DNA of 64,000 bases from an uncultured Acidobacteriota bacterium (GCA_963805695.1 CAWDVL010000001.1:52653-116652); one strand, 5' to 3'; counted from the stretch's first letter, positions 1-11,145 are shown. The notes: a model not told the origin generated them from the letters alone. A program made the numbers and translations.

Positions 1-212
1 AGGCGCTTTTCTTCGCGATCCTGAAATCCGAACAGGGCGATCTGGTCTTCGCTGACCTGGGTGTAAATGTGCAGCGATGCCTCCGCGCCAGCTACGGGCA
101 GAGCGGTGAAGGTGGGCACGGAGATCGTGACGTCGTAGCCCACGCCACCGGCTTCGATGATGGCCTGGCCAGGCTGCTTGAAGATGAGCTTTCCGCGAAG
201 ATGAGCGATCAT
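1..212 (-). CDS. ruvA: Holliday junction branch migration protein RuvA (5' part, runs off window)
   Basis: Manual translation from ATG at 212: MIAHLRGKLIFKQPGQAIIEAGGVGYDVTISVPTF...LHIYTQVSEDQIALFGF, the RuvA domain I signature. Confidence 0.93.
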   Translation of the reverse strand, partial: MIAHLRGKLIFKQPGQAIIEAGGVGYDVTISVPTFTALPVAGAEASLHIYTQVSEDQIALFGFQDREEKR

Positions 213-438
213 GGCGATTCCCAGACCGGCGTGTTGAGAAGATTGTGACCGGATGCTTCCTATAGTACAGAGTTCCGGGGGCGCCTTCAGGCCATGCAAA
301 AAAAGACCACCGCACTTCCGAAAATGCCGTAAGCTGGTTGCGATTTCCGCTACGACTTGAAAACGTCCGCGCTCGATGGAAGCGTCGTGTGGCCATCTTG
401 ATCGCGTTCCGTGAGATTGTCGGAACGAAGGAGGAATC

Positions 439-3400
439 ATGCCCGACCTGATCAGCAGATTTTTGAAATGGGCTCTGCGCTGGATGCGGCACCTGTATTT
501 CCTGCGGTTCAGCGTGATGCTGTGGACGTTCTCACTGGTGCTGCTCTATGCGAACGGGTCGGGGATGAAGACCATCACCAGCGGATTGTTTGTGCCGGAG
601 TACAACAGCGGATATTTTTGCGTGGCCTTTTTCCTGGTGTCGGAAGGATTTGTCGCACTGGTCATCGCGCGGTTGGTCACCATCAACGGCCCCGACCGTT
701 GGAACGAAAAGGTCCCGCCACTGCTGAAAAAGCTGCTGGTAGACGATGAGGGGCGCTGGTATTGGGAGACGTGGGCGCTGGTGCTGAGCCAGGCGCCGAC
801 CGTCATCGTCTTTCTCTACGTGCTGGGCAACAGCCAGAAAGAAGGCGTGCCGGCGCTAAGAATCTGGCCGGGGTTTCTGCTGGGCGCCGGGGCGGCAGCG
901 TTTGTCTGGTGGGCGGCCAACGCGTGGTTCTATCTGACGTATGAAGTTCCCGGAAGCTCCCGCATCGGCGAGATCCGAACCGTGAAACTGGGCAAGAACG
1001 CCGCGCGGACGATGTTGTTTCCGCGGGCGTGGTTCGGACTTCTTCCTCCGGGAACGCCACTGCTGGCTGACGGCAGCCAACCGGGAGCGACTCTGGAATC
1101 TGCCACGACGATCCTCAGGAGGGGACCAGCCCGGGAGGGCAAGCCTCAGCCTGACAGACGAATGCAATTCCTCGGAGAGATTCTTCTCTGGCCGTACAGC
1201 GCGCTGTTGTCGTTCTTGCGGCTTGTCGATGACGCCATCGGACTTACCGGGTACCTCTATTCCGCTACGGACCGCGAACTCAATCAGGGGGGAAAGCCGG
1301 AGACCGATCGCGGCCTGTACGAGGGCCACATCTTCGCGTTGATGGCCACCACGGTGTTTTTGACGCTCTCCCTGCTGGTGTGGGCGGTTGCCGCGCCGGT
1401 GCCGGCGAGGTGGGCCTCAGTCGCCATTTTCATGGTTGTGGCGGTCGGAGCCGGGATCGCAGTGGTGGTTCTGTTTTCGGCCCGGTCCGGGCGCATTCTC
1501 ATCGCGATGGCCGGAAAACCGCGGCCCCGGTCGAGTTTGCGAGTATGGAAAACCTGGATTGCGTTCGGACTGCTCATCTTCCTCTTGCTGATCGGCGGGC
1601 TTTATTTCGGCACGGCCCCAGAACGCTTTCCGGTGCTGGCGACGGTCGTCATCGTAGTGACTCTGACATGCTGGACACTCGGAGGAGTAGCGTTCTTCGC
1701 GGACCGATATCGAATTCCCGTGATCACCGCGATCCTGATCCTCACGTTCTTGCCAAGGATCTCGGGTTTGTATGGAGATCACGAAGAGCACTATTTCTCC
1801 ACCGTCGCCTATCCACCAGCCACAGTCCTCTCCGGCGGCATGAAACTCGACTCGCCTGCCCCGACGCCCGCGGAAGTACTGAACGCGCGGTTGTCGGCGC
1901 CGCCCAACCAGGTTGATGATGGCGAGCCGCTGATCATTGTCACGGCCACCGGCGGCGGTCTCCATGCTTCGGCGTGGACCTCGGCGGTGCTGGCGCAGCT
2001 CGAGATCAAATTTGGCCAGCAACACGATGCGTTTCACAACCATGTGCTTCTGATGAGCACCGTTTCGGGCGGCAGCGTGGGGCTGGTTTCTTACCTGAGA
2101 GAGGTCAACGATTCTGCGCCCGACTGGATTCGCATGCAGACGGTCGCGCAGTGTTCGAGCCTCGAGGCGGTGGGCTGGGGCCTGATCTATTACGACATGC
2201 CAAAAGCCCTGTTGCCGCTGGCGCCGTTCGCGCTGCCGTCCTCTTCGGGCGACAGCGACCTGGATCAGTCGCCGCTCTTCAAGGATCGCTCGTGGGCCCT
2301 CCGCAAGGGTTTCGCTCGCAATGTAAGCGACTGGTACTGCGGGATGCAGAGACAGACGGTGCAGGATGTCTTTTCGTTGAACGGATACAGCGGCCCCGCA
2401 CCCGACCCTTGCCAGCGTGGCCAGCGATCCGCGGCATGCCAGGAGCAGGCAACCCAGGCCGAAGGCGAGATGACGTTGCGTAGGCTGTTTCCCAATGAAA
2501 GCGGAAAGCGTCCCGCCTTCACCATGAACACCACGTCAGTCGAACAGGGAGCGCGATTCCTGCTGGCGAATTATCGCGTTCCTCAATACCCGCTGGACTC
2601 GACCGCGGGCTATCCATCGCAGTCGTTCGTCGATACGTTCGGCTGCTGCAAGGAACGAGTCTTTGATCTTCCGCTGGTGACCGCGGCGCAGATGTCGGCA
2701 ACGTTTCCGTATATCTCTTCTGCCGCGCGAGCGCCGAAGACGGCCGACGTGCACAGCGTGCATTTTGTCGATGGCGGCTATTACGACAACGATGGAACGG
2801 CCTCGGTGCTCGAGTTCCTGCGCTATGCGCTGGCGCGGCCGGAGGAAATGCAGCCGGCCGAACGGCAGTTGCAACAAACGATTTACGATCGCCTCAACGC
2901 GCATAAGCTACGCATCGTCCTGGTCGAGATTCGCAACAGCCCGGATCCTGAGGTGGAGGAATCGGCCGAAAATACGGAAGCTCTGAATCATGGCGGCGGA
3001 ATGGGCGCGGTCGCGGCGGACTGGAACCTCTTCGACCAGGTCACGGCGCCTCTGGCCGGGTTCTGGAACGCGGGGCACGCCAGTGTGACGGGCAGAAATC
3101 GCGCGGCTCTGTCGCTGCTCGAACGGGTGTTCCGGCCGCAACTGATGATTCACCGCATCGTGTTCGATGACCGCAACGCGGGCGAGGAGGTGGGCACCGA
3201 TCCGCTGTCGTGGTCGCTCACCCCCCGGCAGCGAAGAGAGGTGCTGACCTCGTCGTGCCCCAAGAACATGCGCGGAAAATACGATGAGGCCTGGGATTGG
3301 TTCCATCGCAGCGCAATTGACTGGAAGAGCGATTCCGATTTCGAGAGTCCGCTGGCGCCCGCGGACTCCGCCAAATCGAACGCAACCGTTCCTGCCGGCG

Positions 3401-3543
3401 CGACGACGCCGCTGAAGCCGGGAACACCGGGAACCCAAGGCCCTGCACCGCCTGGAAAAGCGCGGGTGGCTGGCGGCGGATTGGGGCGAATCGGAGAAGG
3501 GGCGCCAAGCCAAGTTCTATCGTCTCTCGGCGAAAGGGCGTAA
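439..3543 (+). CDS. Multi-pass membrane protein with C-terminal patatin-like phospholipase domain
   Basis: AGGAGG RBS; many hydrophobic segments in the N-terminal half; TGGGLHA (oxyanion-like), STVSGGS (nucleophile), SATFPY and VDGGYYDN motifs. Confidence 0.75.
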   Translation: MPDLISRFLKWALRWMRHLYFLRFSVMLWTFSLVLLYANGSGMKTITSGLFVPEYNSGYFCVAFFLVSEGFVALVIARLVTINGPDRWNEKVPPLLKKLLVDDEGRWYWETWALVLSQAPTVIVFLYVLGNSQKEGVPALRIWPGFLLGAGAAAFVWWAANAWFYLTYEVPGSSRIGEIRTVKLGKNAARTMLFPRAWFGLLPPGTPLLADGSQPGATLESATTILRRGPAREGKPQPDRRMQFLGEILLWPYSALLSFLRLVDDAIGLTGYLYSATDRELNQGGKPETDRGLYEGHIFALMATTVFLTLSLLVWAVAAPVPARWASVAIFMVVAVGAGIAVVVLFSARSGRILIAMAGKPRPRSSLRVWKTWIAFGLLIFLLLIGGLYFGTAPERFPVLATVVIVVTLTCWTLGGVAFFADRYRIPVITAILILTFLPRISGLYGDHEEHYFSTVAYPPATVLSGGMKLDSPAPTPAEVLNARLSAPPNQVDDGEPLIIVTATGGGLHASAWTSAVLAQLEIKFGQQHDAFHNHVLLMSTVSGGSVGLVSYLREVNDSAPDWIRMQTVAQCSSLEAVGWGLIYYDMPKALLPLAPFALPSSSGDSDLDQSPLFKDRSWALRKGFARNVSDWYCGMQRQTVQDVFSLNGYSGPAPDPCQRGQRSAACQEQATQAEGEMTLRRLFPNESGKRPAFTMNTTSVEQGARFLLANYRVPQYPLDSTAGYPSQSFVDTFGCCKERVFDLPLVTAAQMSATFPYISSAARAPKTADVHSVHFVDGGYYDNDGTASVLEFLRYALARPEEMQPAERQLQQTIYDRLNAHKLRIVLVEIRNSPDPEVEESAENTEALNHGGGMGAVAADWNLFDQVTAPLAGFWNAGHASVTGRNRAALSLLERVFRPQLMIHRIVFDDRNAGEEVGTDPLSWSLTPRQRREVLTSSCPKNMRGKYDEAWDWFHRSAIDWKSDSDFESPLAPADSAKSNATVPAGATTPLKPGTPGTQGPAPPGKARVAGGGLGRIGEGAPSQVLSSLGERA

Positions 3544-3619
3544 ACAGCTTGCTTCGGAAGAATTGACGTGGAACCGGCTGTCGAAGGCGGTGGCGCTGAT
3601 CCTGCAGACGGTTGAATAG
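3440..3619 (+). pseudogene. 5'-truncated PadR-family transcriptional regulator (C-terminal half only)
   Basis: Alternative frame reads ALHRLEKRGWLAADWGESEKGRQAKFYRLSAKGRKQLASEELTWNRLSKAVALILQTVE*; in-frame stop at 3413-3415 upstream and no start codon; directly precedes an ADOP permease as PadR genes usually do. Confidence 0.85.
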
Positions 3620-3628
3620 GAGTCGGAC

Positions 3629-6241
3629 ATGAGTTGGACGAAACGCCTGTTCCGCAATCGCGATGAATCTGTCGACCGCGAGATTGCGTTCCACATCGCC
3701 GAGCAAATTGACGTCAATATCGCGCGGGGCATGACGTCGGACGAGGCGCGCCGACAGGCCCAGCTCGATTTCGGCGGCCGTGAGCAGGTCAAGCAGTCCG
3801 TTCGCGAAGTGCATCTCTTCACGTTTCTCGATGTACTCAGATTCAACCTGCATTCGGCGGTGCGGTTCATGCGCCGGTCGCCGTCGTTTTCCCTCGCGGT
3901 CATCCTCACCCTGGCATTAGGCATCGGCGCAAACAGCGCCGTGTTCTCTGCCATCGATGCCGTGGTCTGGCGGCCGTTGCCTTTCCCCAAAAGCGACCAG
4001 CTTATTCAGATTTCGCAGCATGATATTCAAAGCCGCGACGCGAATCGATTTGTGGCGCCGGTGCGGCTGGAGGACTGGAATCGCATGAATTCGACGTTTC
4101 AGGGAATCACCGGATACTACCTCGACGATCTTTCTGAAACTTCCGGCTCTTTGCCCGAAAAAGTAACCGAGGTTCTGGTCGCTCCACGCTTCCTCCAGGT
4201 TTTGGCGGTTTCGCCCGTGCTGGGGCGCGGGTTCACACCCCAGGAAGAACATTGGGGCGGCCCCGATGCCTCGCTCATCAGCTATAAATTCTGGCAGCGC
4301 CGCTTTCATGGAGATCCCGCGGCGGTGGGTCAACGGTTGAAGATCGGGCGCTTCTCTTACCCCATCGTCGGCATCATGCCGGCATCGTTTCAATTCCCCA
4401 AATCGTGATGTGGATCTGTGGTCTACGAGCGCGCCCGATGCACCCTTTGCCCAGCGCCGCGACGCCACCTGGTTCACGGTGATTGGCCGCATGAAACCAG
4501 GCGTGGCCCAGAGCCAGGCGACGGCCGATCTCGCCACCGTGCAGGGCCGGCTTGGCCGGCAGTTTCCCAAACCCGACGCCGAGCTGACCGTACAAACCGA
4601 GCCCCTGAAAGACACCATCGTCGGCACGGTGCGCGGTTCGCTGTGGCTACTCTATGGGTCCGTCTCGCTGCTGATGCTGATCGCGTGCTCGAATATCGCG
4701 GCGCTCCTGCTGGCGCGCACCGCCGAGCGCGAACATGAAATCTCTATCCGGCTGTCTCTGGGCGCCTCGCGCAAGACCGTCATCGCGCAATTGCTCACGG
4801 AGGTTATGTCGCTGGCGGTGCTGGGCTCGCTGGTGGGACTCCTGGTTGCGGCCGGCGCGGCTCGTGAATTTCATCTAATGGCGAAGACTTTGCCGCGCGC
4901 CGAAGAGATCGCCCTCAACTGGCGAGTGGTGATCTACTCGCTGATCTGTGCGCTGATTACTGCCTTGATCTGCGGCCTGTTTCCGGCGCTGCGCGGGACG
5001 GCGACCAGGAAAGGCCGCGGGCTTGCCCCATCGCTTGCCCAGGCAAGCCGCACCCAGGTTTCCACGCGCAACCCGGTCCAGTGGGTGTTGGTCACCATCC
5101 AGGTCATGCTGGCGGTCACGTTGCTGGTCGGCGCGGGGTTGCTGGTGCGCAGTCTCGACGAGATCGGCCGCGTCTCGCCCGGCTACGACCCCAGCCATGT
5201 GCTGACCCTGCAGATGAGCGGTTCCTGGGGAGAAACCTCCGATATGAAAGGCGTGATCCAGCGTATAGATCGGACCCTCGAAAGCCTGCGTACGCTGCCG
5301 GGGGTCGAAGCCGCGGCCACTTCAGCCACGTTGCCGGGAGTGCCGGGGAAGTATCAACAGGAATTCAAGATCGACGGCAAACTCGATCCCGACCGCAAGA
5401 TCCTGGCCGACAGCCGCTGGGTCTCCGCCGGCTATTTTGACACCGTGCGCATTGCCCTGCTGGTGGGAGCCGCGTGCCGTCCGTCCTCGGGTGCAAACGA
5501 CCTCGACGTAGTGGTAAACCGCAGCTTCGCCAATCTCTACCTGGGCGGGACGGCGGCGTTGGGACACGGGCTGGAGCAGGCCGCCGGCAACGACTTCTCC
5601 ATCAAAGGAACAGTGCGGGGAATCGTCGGGGACGCGCGCGAGGAGGGACTGAACGAGTTGCCCATGCCCACCGTGTACTCCTGTTTCAGCGCGCCCGATC
5701 CGTTTCCCAACTACATGATCCGCACCCGGGGCGAAGCCGCTGCAAATGGCCGAGGCGGTGCGGCACCGGATTCACGAACTCGAACCCGGCCGGTCGGTTT
5801 ACGCGATCATGCCGCTCCAGGAGCACCTGGATGAAGTCCTTTCCGACAGCCGCCTGCGCACCCGCTTGCTCAGCCTGTTTGCGCTGACGGCAGTGTCGCT
5901 GGCGTGCATCGGGCTGTACGGAACCCTGAGTTACCTGGGCCGGTTGCGTCAACGCGAGGTGGGCGTGATGGTTGGCGCTCGGAGCCATGCGCGGCCAGAT
6001 CATCGGGCGTTTTTTGTGGCAGGGCTTGCGCGCGACCGGCGTCGGTTGCGTCGCTGGACTGGCCCTGGCCGTTGGATTCAGCCGCTTCCTTTCCAGCATG
6101 TTGTATGGAGTCTCCGCAGTTGATCCCGCGACCTACGCCGGGGTAGTCATTTTCATTCTGCTGGTCGCAGCTATCGCATCTCTAGCTCCCGCCGTACGCG
6201 CCGCACATGTGGAACCGGTGAGGGTGCTGCGGGAAGAATGA
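3629..6241 (+). CDS. ADOP-family duplicated ABC permease (MacB/FtsX-like), frameshifted
   Basis: Permease prefix (DREIAFHIAE..RGM..EARRQA..FGG), LTLALGIGANSAVFS, LIACSNIA, R.SLGASR; pieces 3629-4408, 4410-5834, 5746-6123, 5972-6241. Confidence 0.88.
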
Positions 6242-6288
6242 GAAACCAGGAACAGGGATTGGAAACAGAGAATAGGAAAACGACCATT

Positions 6289-6320
6289 GGGTGCCCCAGG
6301 TCTCGATTTTGAGACCTGGG
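6289..6320. repeat. REP-like palindrome family A (GGGTGCCCCAGGTCTC-loop-GAGACCTGGG)
   Basis: Hairpin; near-identical copies at 21232, 22973, 28322 and 37060. Confidence 0.85.
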
Positions 6321-6363
6321 ATCACTCACTGTTCCCAATTCCCTACTCCCAACTTCCTGCCTC

Positions 6364-7389
6364 TTACACTGCCGGCGGATTCCGTTCTGGGAAATTCCGT
6401 TGGTGCCAATACGGATAGACAGGCGTGACGGCGCTGACCTTGTCAAGGCGCGCGATCTGCTCCGGGCTGAGGCTCCATCCGTCGGCGCCGAGATTGTCGC
6501 GCAGTTGCTTTTCGTTGCGTGCCCCAATGATGATCGACGAAACGGTCGGCCTTCTCAGAAGCCAGTTCAAAGCAATCTGGGGAACGGTCTTTCCGGTTTC
6601 CGCAGCGATCGCGTCGAGGGCATCGACGACGGTGTATAGAAATTCGTCTGCGATCGGCGGCCCCGCATCGGCGGTCTTGTGCAAGCGGCTCACTTCGGGC
6701 AGCGGCTGGCCGCGGCGAATCTTGCCGGTGAGACGGCCCCAGCCCAGTGGACTCCAAATCAGCGCGCCTACTTTCTGGTCGAGTCCGAGGGGCATCAGTT
6801 CCCACTCGTATTCGCGGCCAATCAGCGAGTAATAGACCTGGTGGGCGACGAAACGAGTCCACCCGTAGCGATCGGCAACCGCCAGAGACTTCATCAGGTG
6901 CCAGCCGGAAAAATTTGAACAGGCAATGTAGCGCACCTTGCCTTCGCGGACGATGGTGTTCAGCGTGTCCTGCACTTCTTCGATGGGCGTAAGCGCGTCG
7001 AAACAGTGCATGTGGTAGATGTCGATGAAATCGGTGTTCAGCCGCCGCAAGCTGTCTTCGAGTGCGCTCCGCAGATGATAGCGCGACGTGCCGCGGTCGT
7101 TGGGGCCGTCCCCCGTAGGGAAATATGCCTTGGTGGAAATCAAAGCGCGATTGCGCTTGGCCCCAAGAGCCTTGGCCAGCACCTCTTCTGAGCGCCCGTC
7201 GGAGTAGCCGTCAGCGGTATCAAACAGGTTGACACCGGCTTCAAAGCAGATGTCGATAAGGCGCGTGGCCTCGGCCACGTCGGTGTCGCCCCAGGCTTTA
7301 AAGAATTCATTCCCACCGCCAAACGTCGCGGCGCCAAAACTGAGAGCGGAAACCTTGAGGCCTGAGCCCCCAAGCAGACGGTATTCCAT
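6364..7389 (-). CDS. Aldo/keto reductase
   Basis: RLLGGSGLKVSALSFG, FDTADGYS, STK, IDIYHMH, GKVRYIACSN, WSPLGWG motifs. Confidence 0.93.
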   Translation of the reverse strand: MEYRLLGGSGLKVSALSFGAATFGGGNEFFKAWGDTDVAEATRLIDICFEAGVNLFDTADGYSDGRSEEVLAKALGAKRNRALISTKAYFPTGDGPNDRGTSRYHLRSALEDSLRRLNTDFIDIYHMHCFDALTPIEEVQDTLNTIVREGKVRYIACSNFSGWHLMKSLAVADRYGWTRFVAHQVYYSLIGREYEWELMPLGLDQKVGALIWSPLGWGRLTGKIRRGQPLPEVSRLHKTADAGPPIADEFLYTVVDALDAIAAETGKTVPQIALNWLLRRPTVSSIIIGARNEKQLRDNLGADGWSLSPEQIARLDKVSAVTPVYPYWHQRNFPERNPPAV

Positions 7390-7502
7390 GGCTCATTGTA
7401 TGCGGCGACTCAACGGAGCATGCAAGGTGGGACAGCCTATCAGAATGCACTAGCTGGAATCATGATCAGGATCCGTAAATGGAACATTTAAACTGGACTT
7501 CT

Positions 7503-8807
7503 ATGAGCACTTTGAAAGCGGTGCGCGGCACGCGCGATCTTCTGCCGCCGGAGACGGCGTTTTGGAACCGGATCGAAGCGACTGCGCGCTCAGTGTTTGC
7601 CCGCTACAACTTTGGCGAGATTCGCACGCCTGTCTTCGAGGACACGGGCCTGTTCTCACGCAGTGTGGGCGAGGAAACGGACATCGTTTCCAAAGAAATG
7701 TACACGTGGGAAGATCGCGCGCGGGCGCAATCGGAGAAGACGCAGTCTCTAACACTGCGGCCCGAGAACACCGCCGGCGTTGTGCGCGCCTATATCGAGC
7801 ACAAACTCGGCGAGAGCGGGCAGTTGCAGAAGCTCTATTACATTGGTCCGCAGTTTCGGCGGGAGCGGCCGCAGAAGGGCCGCTACCGGCAGTTTTCGCA
7901 GATCGGGGCCGAGATCATCGGGCCGCCCAGCGCGGGCAGCGAATCGGCGCTGCGCGATGCGGAGATTCTCGAAATGCTGGCCACTCTGCTCGATGAACTG
8001 GGGATTACGGGCTGGACGTTGCACATCAACTCGGTTGGCTCGCCTGCCGATCGCGCGCGTTACAACGAGACTCTGCGAGCCGCGCTCGAGCCCGTAGCCG
8101 CACAAATGTGCGTGGACTGCCAGCGCCGCGCGGTCACCAATCCTCTGCGCGTTCTGGACTGCAAGGTGCCCGAGGACCAGCCGATTATCGACGCTCTTCC
8201 CAGAATCGCCGATTCTCTCGATGAAGACTCGAAGGTGCACTTTATCCAGGTGACGGCGGCGCTCGATGCGGCCGGAGTTTCCTACACGCGCAATCACCGC
8301 CTGGTTCGCGGGCTCGACTATTACACGAGAACGACATTTGAGTTCACGCATGGCGGTCTTGGCGCGCAGAATGCTCTGCTGGGCGGCGGGCGCTACGACG
8401 GCCTGAGCGAGGCGATCGGCGGGCCCAAAGCGCCGGGGATCGGGTTCGCAATGGGCGAAGATCGGCTCGTTCTGACCCTCCAGTCCCAGGAAGCTGCGGC
8501 CGCGGAGAAGGCTGACGCCTACATCGCCCCGCTTGGCGACAGCCTCAACCCCGCCGCCCTAGCCCTTGCGCGCGACTTGCGCCGTGGGGGACTGAGAGTC
8601 GAACTCGGCGAGGGGTCGTTCCGCCTGAAGAAGTCGTTCGAAGCCGCCGACAAGGTGGCGCGCAGCATCGTCATCCTGGGCGAGGATGAGCTTCGATCCG
8701 GTATTCTTACCGTGAAGGACTTCTCCACCGGCATACAGACCAAGGTTCCGCGCGCGGAACTGGCGCCATTTCTTGTAACTTCTGCCGAACCCAAAGGAAA
8801 CTCGTAG
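7503..8807 (+). CDS. hisS: Histidine--tRNA ligase
   Basis: RGTRD, LRPENTA, FRRERPQKGRYRQFSQ, LVRGLDYYT, GGGRYD. Confidence 0.97.
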   Translation: MSTLKAVRGTRDLLPPETAFWNRIEATARSVFARYNFGEIRTPVFEDTGLFSRSVGEETDIVSKEMYTWEDRARAQSEKTQSLTLRPENTAGVVRAYIEHKLGESGQLQKLYYIGPQFRRERPQKGRYRQFSQIGAEIIGPPSAGSESALRDAEILEMLATLLDELGITGWTLHINSVGSPADRARYNETLRAALEPVAAQMCVDCQRRAVTNPLRVLDCKVPEDQPIIDALPRIADSLDEDSKVHFIQVTAALDAAGVSYTRNHRLVRGLDYYTRTTFEFTHGGLGAQNALLGGGRYDGLSEAIGGPKAPGIGFAMGEDRLVLTLQSQEAAAAEKADAYIAPLGDSLNPAALALARDLRRGGLRVELGEGSFRLKKSFEAADKVARSIVILGEDELRSGILTVKDFSTGIQTKVPRAELAPFLVTSAEPKGNS

Positions 8808-10681
8808 TGCTCGACTTTTTAGGCAAGCTTGAACGCACTCACTACTGCGGCGATTTGCGCGCCGCCGACGCGGGCAAAGATGTAGTCGTCATGGGCTGGG
8901 TAAATCGCCGCCGCGACCATGGCAACCTGATCTTCCTCGACCTGCGCGACCGCAGCGGCATTGTCCAGGTAGTGCTCGATAAGGAACTGACGCCCCAGGG
9001 CCACGCCAAGGGCGAGCAAGTTCGTCCGGAATACGTTGTGGCCGCCGTCGGCAAAGTGAGCCTGCGCGACAAGGACGCCATCAATCCCAAAATGCCGACT
9101 GGCGAAATCGAGATCGAAGCCACCGAACTGCGGGTCCTCAATGACACGCGCCTGGCTCCTTTCTCGCCCGCTGAGGAGGCTATCCAGAATGAGGAAGTCC
9201 GGCTGAAATATCGCTACATCGATCTCCGCCGCGCCGAGATGCAACGCAACTTCTGGCTGCGCCACCAGATCACCCGCGCCATTCGCGAAAGCCTCTCGGG
9301 CCAGGGATTCCTCGAGATCGAAACGCCGATCCTGTGCAAGTCCACGCCCGAGGGCGCGCGCGATTTCCTAGTGCCCAGCCGCGTGCATCCGGGGGAATTT
9401 TACGCATTGCCCCAGTCGCCGCAGATTTTCAAACAGATCCTGATGATTTCGGGATTCGACCGCTATTTCCAGGTCGCCCGCTGCTTCCGCGACGAGGACC
9501 AGCGCGCCGACCGGCAACTGGAGTTCACCCAGGTCGACCTGGAAATGAGCTTCCCGCGCCGCGAGAACGTGTTTGCTGTCGTGGAGCAGTTCCTGTCGGC
9601 GGGCTTTGCCGCGGCCGGCGTTTCGCTGCCTACCCCGTTTCCCCGCATCACCTACGACGACGCCATGCGTCAGTATGGGTCCGATAAGCCCGACCTGCGC
9701 CTGCCCGGCCTGACCGACGTGCGCGCGGCGTTTACCGATGAGGCCCTGGGCACGCTTCAAATCGATCCGGCCTTGCCGGTGGTCGCCCTGCGCATTCCCA
9801 ATGTCGGAGAACTCAGCCGCAAGGAGCGCGAAGAGAATCATCCCCTCTTCGACCAGAAGAAGGGCGCCAAGTTCATCGACGATTTCAAGCGGCTGGCAAA
9901 GGGCTTCCCAGATTCCGTGGCGAAGATCCGCGAGTTGACCGGTGCGGCTGAGGCCGATTTCGTGATCGTGGTGGCCGGCGATCCGGCCCATCACGTCAAG
10001 GCCAGCGACACCAAGTTCGAGAGCCGCCTGTCAGAGCGCGAGATCAACGTCTACGCGGCGGCGGGGAATTTTCGCACCGAGCTGGCTAAGAAGTACGCCG
10101 ACCGGCACAAGGGGTTCCACACTACTGAAGAGACGGTTCGGACCGCGGACCCGAAAAGCGACAAGAAAGTGGACGGCGAAGCAGCATTTCACCCGATATG
10201 GATTGTCGATTTCCCCATGTTCGAGTACGACCTGGCCAGCGGCAAGTGGGTTCCTGCTCACCATCCGTTTACCGCGCCCTATGAGGCCGACATGGCCAAC
10301 CTGGTCAGCGATCCGGCCAGCGTCCGCGCCGACTGCTACGACCTGGCGATGAACGGACTGGAGCTGGGCTCGGGTTCGATTCGTATCCACCGCAAAGACG
10401 TGCAGCAGCAGATCTTCGCCTCGCTCGGGATTTCGGATGAGGAGGCACGGCAGCGGTTCGGCTTCTTCCTCGATGCGCTGGAGTACGGCACGCCTCCCCA
10501 CGGAGGCATTGCGCTGGGCCTTGACCGCATCGTGATGCTTCTTGCCGGGGCGCCCAGCCTGAGGGAGGTCATTACCTTCCCCAAGACCGCGAAGGCCATC
10601 GACCTGATGGCGGACGCACCTACCGGCGTGACCGAACAGCAGTTGAAAGAGCTGCACATCCGGGTGGCGTTGAAGAGCTAG
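8807..10681 (+). CDS. aspS: Aspartate--tRNA ligase
   Basis: RTHYCG, GWVNRRRDHG, STPEGARDF, ALPQSPQ, RCFRDED, YGTPPHGGIALGLDR. Confidence 0.97.
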   Translation: MLDFLGKLERTHYCGDLRAADAGKDVVVMGWVNRRRDHGNLIFLDLRDRSGIVQVVLDKELTPQGHAKGEQVRPEYVVAAVGKVSLRDKDAINPKMPTGEIEIEATELRVLNDTRLAPFSPAEEAIQNEEVRLKYRYIDLRRAEMQRNFWLRHQITRAIRESLSGQGFLEIETPILCKSTPEGARDFLVPSRVHPGEFYALPQSPQIFKQILMISGFDRYFQVARCFRDEDQRADRQLEFTQVDLEMSFPRRENVFAVVEQFLSAGFAAAGVSLPTPFPRITYDDAMRQYGSDKPDLRLPGLTDVRAAFTDEALGTLQIDPALPVVALRIPNVGELSRKEREENHPLFDQKKGAKFIDDFKRLAKGFPDSVAKIRELTGAAEADFVIVVAGDPAHHVKASDTKFESRLSEREINVYAAAGNFRTELAKKYADRHKGFHTTEETVRTADPKSDKKVDGEAAFHPIWIVDFPMFEYDLASGKWVPAHHPFTAPYEADMANLVSDPASVRADCYDLAMNGLELGSGSIRIHRKDVQQQIFASLGISDEEARQRFGFFLDALEYGTPPHGGIALGLDRIVMLLAGAPSLREVITFPKTAKAIDLMADAPTGVTEQQLKELHIRVALKS

Positions 10682-10701
10682 CACGCCGTGCGAGCTTGCG
10701 T

Positions 10702-11145
10702 TCAACCCCGGAACCAGAACAGAACTACCGCCGCGACCAGCATCAGCGCGGCGAGCGTCACGATCGGCACGTTCGCATCGAAGACGATCAGCCGCGATCC
10801 CCAATGCACCCGCAGCGGCTGGATCCCATTCGGGTCGTGGAGTGTGCCGCGGTAGAGCGGGCGTGTCAGAGCCGCCACCAGGAATCCGGCCAGCGGAGTG
10901 GCCGTCAGCAGGGCGGCAACGTAGAAGCGGCCATGCATCGCCCCGCCGGGATACCAAAGGAGCGCGACCCCCACGGCTGCGGCGGGCAACAGCGTGAATA
11001 CCTGCTGGACGATATGAAAGCGCGCGTGGCCCGGCCACAGTGGGTTGGTCGCGTGCGTACGATTCAGGTCGATGAAAACTGGCGCGATTCCCTGGCCGGC
11101 GGCAATGGCGGTCACGATCCATCGGGCAACGAGCGCGGCAGTCAT
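10702..11145 (-). CDS. Membrane protein (DUF6640-like)
   Basis: D.NRTHATNPLWPGHARFH motif plus about four hydrophobic segments. Confidence 0.7.
   Translation of the reverse strand: MTAALVARWIVTAIAAGQGIAPVFIDLNRTHATNPLWPGHARFHIVQQVFTLLPAAAVGVALLWYPGGAMHGRFYVAALLTATPLAGFLVAALTRPLYRGTLHDPNGIQPLRVHWGSRLIVFDANVPIVTLAALMLVAAVVLFWFRG

Noticed and set aside
439-3543. Patatin protein as a CBASS/anti-phage effector
   Set aside because: No cyclase or other defence genes nearby, and the architecture differs from CapV.
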